58,445 nt of DNA from NCBI GenBank assembly GCA_032718475.1, contig JAUCBJ010008991.1, positions 1-58,445 on the forward strand, read 5' to 3'. Under the pieces are notes generated by a model, which made no database searches, was not told the origin of the DNA, and was given only the letters and a program-made list of their open reading frames with translations. Positions 49,900 to 58,445 of this stretch are shown here, piece by piece. Source of the DNA: Nemertoderma westbladi (Eukaryota > Animalia > Xenacoelomorpha). Numbering within the stretch: the stretch's first letter is position 1; each line of letters opens with the position of its first letter. The position numbers were made by a program, and so were the translations under genes.

Positions 49900-51170
49900 T
49901 TTCGAATTACCGGAAGCAGACTTTGGACGACCATATCTCCGGTACCGGTAGGCCTATTGAGTCGAAATTTTTTTTAATCTACTTAGAACACTCCAGTGAA
50001 TGTTTTTTAGTTTGAAAGTTTTGCCCCAAAATGCTCAGAAGTAATTTCGAAAAAACTGATCATTTCGCGATCATGATCTTTTGACCCCCTAGAATTGAAC
50101 TTTTTATGGTCAAATTTTGGCTACCCCCCTAATTCGAGGGTGAGGAATCTTTTTGTAATGTTAAGTTTTTTCATACGGTGAACTCACAGGACTTGGTCTT
50201 CGAAATAAAACCGAAAACATGATCTTTCCTGATCATGGCCTGATCAATTCGCTTTTTGAAAATTTCGAAATGCTTAAAAGTTGCCCCTTCTTAATAGAAG
50301 TCGATTCGTAAAAAAAAAATCGGGGGTCTCAAACAAAGTTTTCGAGAAAATCGGGATAAACCGAAAAACACGATCTTTTATGATCAGGTATCAGATCTCG
50401 AGAACCGGTTGTCCGATCGAGCTAATTTTTTTTTAATCAACTCAGAATAGACCATTGAACATTTCTTACAATGAATGTTTATTAGAAAAATGCTTAGATT
50501 CGATTTTAAATATACTGATCTTTTCGCGATCATGATCTTGAGTTTTGACCCACTAGACTTGGACTTTTTTATGCCCAAATTTTGGCTACCCCCCATAATT
50601 CGAGGGTGAGGAATCTTTTTGTGATGTTAAGTTTTTCCATACGGTGAACTCCCAGGACTTGGTCTTCGAAATAAAACCAAAAACACGATCTTTTCTGATC
50701 GCGGCCTGATCAAATCGCTTTTTGAAAATTTCGAAATGCTCAAAAGTTGCCCCTTCATCATAGAAGTCGATTGGTAAAAAAAAAATCGGGGGTCTCAAAC
50801 AAAGTTTTCGAGAAAATTGGAAAAAACCGAAAAATATGATCTTTAATGATCAGGTATCAGATCTCGAGAACCGGTTGTCCGATCGAGCCAATTTTTTTTT
50901 TAATCGACTCAGGGCGGTGTTCTGAACGTTTCCTACAGTAATTGTTTATATCCAAAATGCTTAGTTACGATTTTACGAAGTCCGATCTTGGCGCGATCAT
51001 GATCTTGCGTTTTGATCAGGAAGAATTCACTTTTTTTTTAATCTTTTAACGGGAATCATGACTAATGTGGGGTCGCTGATTCTTTTTGTAATGTTAAGTT
51101 TTTCGATTGGAGCAAGCCTTGAGTGTCCGAATCCTGATCAAAACTGATCTTTGCTGATCATGGTCAAGAT
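49900..51170. repeat. ~466-bp tandem repeat, ~2.7 copies with diverged outer units
   Basis: AATTCGAGGGTGAGG at 50131/50597. GATCAGGTATCAGATCTCG at 50382/50848. TCTTTTTGTRATGTTAAG at 50148/50614/51081. Confidence 0.85.
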
Positions 51171-53904
51171 CATGATCTGATCGCTCCAAAAAAAGTTTTT
51201 TTTAATGTAAACCCTATGCTGCCTATCGATTGGCGCCGGTCCCAAGTCCGTAGCATTAGCGGTTCTGGAGATTCCTGCATAGCAACGCGGTTGCTAGGGA
51301 AGCGGACTTTTTGACTCAAATTGGTCCTAGACGGAGAACCGTAGACTTTTTTAACACATTATGTATGGCGAAAAGTCTTCTGGATAGATTTTGGGGGGGG
51401 GGGGTCTAGGAACATCCTATTGTTCGTTTTCGCTTAGTTGCTGAGATCCTCTCGTCCCACAAATTCCAGGATTCTATAAAGGCATTCTGCTGGACTAGTT
51501 CCGTGGCCGGAATAGTGTTCGGTGTTCTGCGAACAGAGAACCTAATCGGTTTAGGGCCCTGACCGTCCAGGAAAAATCTGGTTTCCATGGCAACGGACTT
51601 AGAAAAAAGTCTATGTATTTCAAGTCAATATTTGTAACTCTATTTGTAGGAAAACTATAATACATATAAACTTGGGGTTTCTCAACACAACTATAAGGTC
51701 CATAGCAGAGCCGATTGAAGTTAAATAGAAATTCCAGTTACCTTGGCAACCGGGCTAAACAAATGTTAAAATTTTTAAAATGTTAATTTGAAGCCTAAGG
51801 TTAAGGTGTGATGACTTGGGACCAATCCCTACCCCCACTATATAACTTATTCTGCGTCCGAATTTGATTGTTCTATTTTGCAGTTACCATGACAACCGCT
51901 GAAAACAGATGTTTTTATACAACAATTATTCATTTGAACATAGACTTCACGATAAAATTTTACGAAACTAGGTATGTGTTATCTGGACCACTAGTTGGAA
52001 CTTTTAGTGAAACTCAAAACATTCCAGAAATATCTAGTTACCATGGTAACTGTAGTTTATTAAAGTCTATATCATTCAAGTCTATATTCATAACTCTATT
52101 CGGAGCAAAACTGTAATATATATAAACTTGGGGTTTTGCAACTCATCTATAAGGTCCATATACAAGCCGTTCGAGGTTAATTAGAAAATCCAGTTACCAT
52201 AGCAACAAGACTAAACAGATGTTAAAATTAATAAAATGATAATTTGAAGCACAAGTTAATAGTATAATGACTTGGGACCAACACCTACCCCCACTATGAC
52301 ACGACTTATTCTGCATCCGAATTACATTGTTCTATTTTTCAGTTTCCATGACAACCACTGCAAACAGATGCATTTTGATAGAAAATCGGTAATTTGGACA
52401 TAAACTACAATATTTTCTGAAACTCGGAAAGTGTTATCTGAACCACAATCTGGACTAAATCTTTTAACAAAGGTCCACGAAGCTAAGGAAAATCAACTAC
52501 TTTCGCTAAGAAAGATTTTCCTTAGCTGAGATGGTCTATTCATAGTGGGCTATTTTACTTGTATGGAGCAGATTTGGGGTTTTTTGACCGGTGAAAAAAC
52601 TAGCCTTTAAAAGTACCCTGAAATTTTGCATGTATATACTACTCGACAAGGCGCATCTTTTGGGCCGGGTCTCATATCCAGGAAAAATCTGGTTTCCATG
52701 GCAACGGACTTCAAAAAAAGTCTATGTATTTCAAGTCAATATTTATAACTCTATTTGTAGGAAAACTATAATAGATATAAACTTGGGGTTTCGCAACACA
52801 ACTATAAGGTCCATAGCAGATCCGATTGAGGCTAAATAGAAAATCCAGTTACCTTGGCAACCGGGATAAACAGATGTTAAAATTTATAAAATGTTAATTT
52901 GAGGCCTAAGGGCAAGGTGTTATGACTTGGGACCAACCCCTACCCCCACTATATAACTTATTCTGCATCTGAATTACATTGTTCTATTTTTCAATTACCT
53001 TGACAACCGCTGAAAACAGATGTTTTTATTCAAAACTTATTCATTTGGACATAGACTTCACGATAAAATTTTACAAAACTGGGTATGTGTTATCTGGACC
53101 ACTAGTTGGAACTTTTAGTGAAACTTAAATTATTCCAGAAATTTAGTTACCATGGTAACTGTAGTTTATTAAACTCTATATCATTCAAATCTATATTGAT
53201 AACTCTATTTGTAGCAAAACTGTAATATATATAAACTTGGGGTTTTGCAACTCATCTATAAGATCCATATCCAAGCCGTTTGAGGTTAATTAGAAAATAC
53301 AGTTACCATAGCAACAAGTCTAAACAGATGTTAAAATATATAAAATGATAATTTGAAGCACAAGTTAATAGTATTATGACTTGGGACTAACCCCTACCCC
53401 CACTATATGACTTATTCTGCATCCGAATTACATTGTTCTATTTTCCAGTTTCCATGACAACCACTGCAAACAGATGCATTTTGATAGAAAATTGGTAATT
53501 GGGACATAAACTACAATATTTTCTGAAACTCAGTATATGTGTTATCTGAACCACAATCTCTACTGAACTTTTTTCAAAGGTTAAAGCAACAGTTCCAGAG
53601 AACTCTAGTTTCCATGAGAATAGAAGTTAATTATTGACAATTGCTACTTAATGAGGCTAAGCAACGAACCAAAGTGTGGCCGTTTGTTTAATTTTCCTTA
53701 GCTTCGTGGTTGCATTTCCTTTAGGAAATGCCTTTCTCGTTAAACCAACATTTCCAGAGAACTCTAGTTTCCATGGGAATAGAACTTAATTAATTATTGG
53801 CAAATGCTACTAAACTAGGCTAAGCAACAAACCAAAGTGTGGCCGTATTTTTAATTTTCCTTAGCTTCGTGGTTGCATTTCCTTTAGGAAATGCCTTTCT
53901 AGTA

Positions 53905-55169
53905 TCCACGAAGCTAAGGAAAATCAACTACTTTCGCTAAGAAAGATTTTCCTTAGCTGAGATGGTCTATTCATAGTGGGCTATTTTACTTGTATGGAGC
54001 AGATTTGGTTTTTTTTGACCGGTGAAAAAACTAGCCTTTAAAAGTACCCTGAAATTTTGCATGTATATACTACTCGTCGAGGCGCATCTTTTGGGCTGGG
54101 TCTCATATCCAGGAAAAATCTGGTTTCCATGGCAACGGACTTAGAAAAAAGTCTATGTATTTCAAGTCAATATTTAAAACTCTATTTGTAGGAAAACTAT
54201 AATAGATATAAACTTGGGGTTTCTCAACACAACTATAAGGTCCATAGCAGAGCCGATTGAGGTTAAATAGAAAATCCAGTTACCTTGGCAACCGGGCTAG
54301 ACAGATGTTAAAATTTATAAAATGTTAATTTGAAGCCTAAGGTTAAGGTGTTATGACTTGGGACCAACCCCTACCCCCACTATATAACTTATTCTGCATC
54401 CGAATTACATTGTTCTATTTTTCAGTTACCATGACAACCGCTGAAAACATATGTTTTTATTCAAAACTTAATCATTTGGACATAGACTTCACGATAAAAT
54501 TTTACAAAACTGGGTGTGTTATTTGGACCACTAGTTGGAACTTTTAGTGAAACTTAAATTATTCCAGAAATTTAGTTACCACGGTAACTGTAGTTTATTA
54601 AACTCTATATCATTCAAATCTATATTGATAACTCTATTTGTAGCAAAACTGTATTGTATTTAAACTTGGGGTTTTGCAACTAATCTATAAGATCCATATC
54701 CAAGCCGTTTGAGGTTAATTAGAAAATACAGTTACCATAGCAACAAGTCTAAACAGATGTTAAAATTTATAAAATGATAATTTAAAGCACAAGTTAATAG
54801 TATTATGACTTGGGACTAACCCCTACCCCCACTATATGACTTATTCTGCATCCGAATTACATTGTTCTATTTTTCAGTTTCCATGACAACCACTGCAAAC
54901 AGATGCATTTTGATAGAAAATCGGTAATTTGGACATAAACTACAATATTTTCGGAAACTCAGTATATGTGTTATCTGAACCACAATCTGTACTGAATTTT
55001 TTTTCAAAGGTTAAAGCAACAGTTCCAGAGAACTCTAGTTTCCATGGGAATAGAAGTTAATTATTGACAATTGCTACTAAACTAGGCTAAGCAACGAACC
55101 AAAGTGTGGCCGTTTGTTTAATTTTCCTTAGCTTCGTGGTTGCATTTCCTTTAGGAAATGCCTTTCTCG
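53905..55169 (+). mobile_element. Nested complete HINE at TA^TAC, 2 bp from the previous insertion
   Basis: Host GGTCCA^TA^TACAATCC is recovered by removing both inserts. Confidence 0.88.
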
Positions 55170-55203
55170 TACAATCCATTCGAGGTTAATTACACAATCC
55201 AAT

Positions 55204-56455
55204 TCCACGAAGCTAAGGAAAATCAACTACTTTCGCTAAGAAAGATTTTCCTTAGCTGAGATGGTGTATTCATAGTGGGCTATTTTACTTGTATGGAGCA
55301 GATTTGGGGTTTTTTGACCCCCGGCAAATCTAGCCTTTAAAAGTACCCTGAAATTTTGCATGTATATACTACTCGTCGAGGCGCATCTTTTGGGCTGGGT
55401 GTCATATCCAGGAAAAATCTGGTTTCCATGGCAACGGACTTAGAAAAAAGTCTATGTATTTCAAGTCAATATTTATAACTCTATTTGTAGGAAAACTATA
55501 ATAGATATAAACTTGTGGTTTCTCAACTCAACTATAAGGTCCATAGCAGAGCCGATTGAGGTTAAATAGAAAATCCAGTTACCTTGGCAACCGGGCTAAA
55601 TAGATGGTAAAATTTTTAAAATGTTAATTTGAAGCCTAAGGTTAAGGTGTGATGACTTGGGACCAATCCCTACCCCCACTATATAACTTATTCTGCGTCT
55701 GAATTTGATTGTTCTATTTTGCAGTTACCATGACAACCGCTGAAAACAGATGTTTTTATGTAAAAATTATTCATTTGGACATAGACTTCACGATGAAATT
55801 TTACAAAACTGGGTATGTATTATCTGGACCACTAGTTGGAACTTTTAGTGAAACTCAAAACATTCCAGAAATATCTAGTTACTACGGTAACTGTAGTGTT
55901 CAAGTCTATATTAATAACTCTATTTGTAGCACAACTGTAATATATATAAACTTGGGGTTTCTCAACTCAACTATATGGGCCATAGCCGAGCAGATTGAGG
56001 TAAATTAAAAAAACCTGATACCATGGCAACCAGGCTAAACAAAAGTAATAATTTATAAAATGATAATTTGAAGCACAAGTTAATAGTATTATGACTTGGG
56101 ACCAACACCTACCCCCACTATATGACTTATTCTGCATCCGAATTACATTGTTCTATTTTTCAGTTTCTATGACAACCACTGCAAACAGATGCAATTTGAT
56201 AGAAAATCGGTAATTTGGACATAAACTACAATATTTTCTGAAACTCAGTATATGTGTTATCTGAACCACAATCTGTACTGAATTTTTTTCAAAGGTTAAA
56301 GCAACAGTTGCAGAGAACTCTAGTTTCCATGGGAATAGAAGTTAATTATTGGCAAATGCTAATAAACTAGGCTAAGCAACGAACCAAAGTGTGGCCGTTT
56401 GTTGAATTTTCCTTAGCTTCGTGGTTGCATTTCCTTTAGGAAATGCCTTTCTAGT
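55204..56455 (+). mobile_element. Nested complete HINE at AAT^TAC
   Basis: Flanks CAATCCAAT | TACCATAGC rejoin. Confidence 0.88.
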
Positions 56456-56889
56456 ACCATAGCAACAAGACTAAACAGATGTTAAAATTTCTAAAATGAT
56501 AATTTGAAACACAAGTTAATAGTATTATGACTTGGGACCAAGACCTACCCCCACTATATGACTTATTCTGCATCCGAATTACATTGTTCTATTTTTCAGT
56601 TTCCATGAAAACCACTGCAAACAGATGCATTATGATAGAAAATCGGTAGTTTGGACATAAACTACAATATTTTCTGAAACTTGGTATGTGTTATCTGAAC
56701 CACAATCTGGACTGAATCTTTTTTCAAAGGTAAAACCAACAGTTTCAGAGAATTCTAGTTTCCATGGGAATATAAGTTATTTATTGGCAAATGCTACTAA
56801 ACTAGGCTAAGCAACAAACCAAATTGTGGCCCTTTGTTTAATTTTCCTTAGCTTCGTGGTTGCATTTCCTTTAGGAAATGCCTTTCTAG

Positions 56890-58445
56890 TCCACGAAGCT
56901 AAGGAAAATCAACTACTTTCGCTAAGAAAGATTTTCCTTAGCTGAGATGGTCTATTCATAGTGGGCTATTTTACTTGTATGAGGCAGATTTGGGGTTTTT
57001 TGATAGGTGAAAAAACTAGCCTTTAAAAGTACCCTGAAATTTTGCATGTATATACTACTCGTCGAGGCGCATCTTTTGGGCCGGGTCTCATATCCAGGAA
57101 AAATCTGGTTTCCATGGTAACGGACTTAGAAAAAAGTCTATGTATATCAAGTCAATATTTATAACTCTATTTGTAGGAAAACTATAATACATATAAACTT
57201 GGGGTTTCTCAACACAACTATAAGGTCCATAGCAGAGCCGATTGAGGTTAAATCCACGAAGCTAAGGAAAATCAACTACTTTCGCTAAGAAAGATTTTCC
57301 TTAGCTGAGATGGTCTATTCATAGTGGGCTATTTTACTTGTGTGAGGCAGATTTGGTTTTTTTTGATAGGTGAAAAAACTAGCCTTTAAAAGTACCCTGA
57401 AATTTTGCATGTATATACTACTCGTCGAGGCGCATCTTTTGGGCTGGGTCTCATATCCAGGAAAAATCTGGTTTCCGTGGCAACGGACTTAGAAAAAAGT
57501 CTATGTATTTCAAGTCAATATTTAAAACTCTATTTGTAGGAAAACTATAATAGATATAAACTTGGGGTTTCTCAACACAACTATAAGGTCCATAGCAGAG
57601 CCGATTGAGGTTAAATAGAAAATCCAGTTACCTTGGCAACCGGGCTAGACAGATGTTAAAATTTATAAAATGTTAATTTGAAGCCTAAGGTTAAGGTGTT
57701 ATGACTTGGGACCAACCCCTACCCCCACTATATAACTTATTCTGCATCCGAATTACATTGTTCTATTTTTCAGTTACCATGACAACCGCTGAAAACAGAT
57801 GTTTTTATTCAAAACTTATTCATTTGGACATAGACTTCACGATAAAATTTTACAAAACTGGGTATGTGTTATCTGGACCACGAGTTGGAACTTTTAGTGA
57901 AACTTAAATTATTCCAGAAATTTAGTTACCATGGTAACTGTAGTTTATTAAACTCTATATCATTCAAATCTATATTGATAACTCTATTTGTAGCAAAACT
58001 GTAATATATATAAACTTGGGGTTTTGCAACTCATCTATAAGATCCATATCCAAGCCGTTTGAGGTTAATTAGAAAATACAGTTACCATAGCAACAAGTCT
58101 AAACAGATGTTAAAATTTATAAAATGATAATTTGAAGCACAAGTTAATAGTATTATGACTTGGGACTAACCCCTACCCCCACAATATGACTTATTCTGCA
58201 TCCGAATTACATTGTTCTATTTTTCAGTTTCCATGACAACCACTGCAAACAGATGCAATTTGATAGAAAATCGGTAATCTGGACATAAACTACAATATTT
58301 TCTGAAACTCAGTATATGTGTTATCTGAACCACAATCTGTACTGAATTTTTTTTCAAAGGTTAAAGCAACAGTTCCAGAGAACTCTAGTTTCCATGGGAA
58401 TAGAAGTTAATTATTGACAATTGCTACTAAGCGAGGCTAAGCAAC
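56890..58445 (+). mobile_element. HINE head-to-tail after the previous 3' end, interrupted at 57253 by another copy running off the window
   Basis: Junctions CTTTCTAG|TCCACG and GAGGTTAAA|TCCACG. Confidence 0.88.

Larger units (their letters stand above)
48801..51565. mobile_element. Unclassified non-coding 2765-bp insertion flanked by 5-bp direct repeat TCCAG
   Basis: Interrupts CATATCCAGGAAAAATC; TCCAG at 48796-48800 and 51566-51570. No TIR, no TG..CA ends, no poly(A). Terminal palindrome CGGTTTAGGGCCCTGACCG. Confidence 0.75.
48593..53902 (+). mobile_element. Nested HINE at CCA^TA, itself containing the unclassified insertion and HINE 52474-53739 (AGG^TTA)
   Basis: Pieces 48593-48800, 51571-52473 and 53740-53902 are colinear. 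Confidence 0.85.
36467..56889 (+). mobile_element. Single host HINE fragmented by six direct HINE insertions
   Basis: Pieces 36467-36944, 38221-38297, 39564-39756, 48543-48592, 53903-53904, 55170-55203 and 56456-56889 are colinear and sum to 1268 bp. Confidence 0.9.
3508..58445 (+). mobile_element. Nested, unidirectional array of a ~1.27-kb non-autonomous Helentron/Helitron-like element (HINE/DINE-1 type)
   Basis: 32 5' ends TCCACGAAG at 3754, 5522, 7087, 8859, 10380, 10935, 12450, 13005, 17748, 19466, 21653, 21906, 23484, 25256, 26777, 27332, 27374, 30101, 30656, 31719, 33437, 34952, 36467, 36945, 38298, 39757, 48593, 52474, 53905, 55204, 56890, 57253. 33 3' ends ...AATGCCTTTCT(A/C)G. No TSD; host sequence resumes exactly at a T. 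Confidence 0.9.

Noticed and set aside
49640-51588. Short ORFs in the unclassified insertion as transposase remnants
   Set aside because: They lie in or beside the 466-bp tandem repeats and show no DDE, tyrosine-recombinase, HUH or RT motifs.
3910-57907. Dozens of recurring 64-100 aa ORFs (MTWDQPLP..., MLSEPQSG..., MYILLDEA...)
   Set aside because: They are chance frames in the HINE. Length varies with copy-specific stops and frameshifts, and there are no Rep (HUH/Y2) or helicase motifs.
3754-58445. CRISPR-like reading of palindromic repeats with spacers
   Set aside because: The repeats are ends of 1.27-kb elements, the spacers are repeated rather than unique, no cas genes are present, and the context is eukaryotic.

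Overview
AT-rich animal-type genomic DNA (an invertebrate is likely, but that is inference) with no intact host gene, no rRNA/tRNA and no CRISPR. From 3.5 kb to the end, the window is a deeply nested pile of one ~1.27-kb non-autonomous Helentron/Helitron-like element (HINE/DINE-1 architecture: 19-bp subterminal inverted repeats, 5' and 3' hairpins, ~455-bp central repeats, ends 5'-TC...CTAG/CTCG-3', no TSD, always inserted just 5' of a T). I count 32 5' ends and 33 3' ends, all on the + strand, at about 17 distinct insertion sites. One copy (36467-56889) was split by six direct insertions, and its pieces add back to 1268 bp. The only pre-existing target DNA left is two short spacers (84 and 252 bp) that rejoin on the minus strand into an in-frame C4HC3 PHD finger, probably from a CR1/L2-type LINE. 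A ~10.8-kb block was tandemly duplicated and each copy then gained private insertions, giving filled/empty site pairs. Four other elements are inserted in the array. (i) A 3.7-kb CMC/EnSpm-like DNA transposon with a BEN-like ORF remnant and a higher-order minisatellite. (ii) A 656-bp non-coding retrozyme/Penelope-like insertion with two minimal type I hammerhead ribozymes 338 bp apart and a 5' inversion. (iii) An apparently full-length L1/Tx1-clade LINE with an open 1275-aa ORF2, an ORF1 split at a C12 run, and a long hydrophobic open frame between ORF1 and ORF2. (iv) An unclassified 2.8-kb insertion. The first 3.5 kb is non-coding repeat-rich DNA that may be the end of an LTR element. All coordinates were counted by eye and may be off by a few bases.
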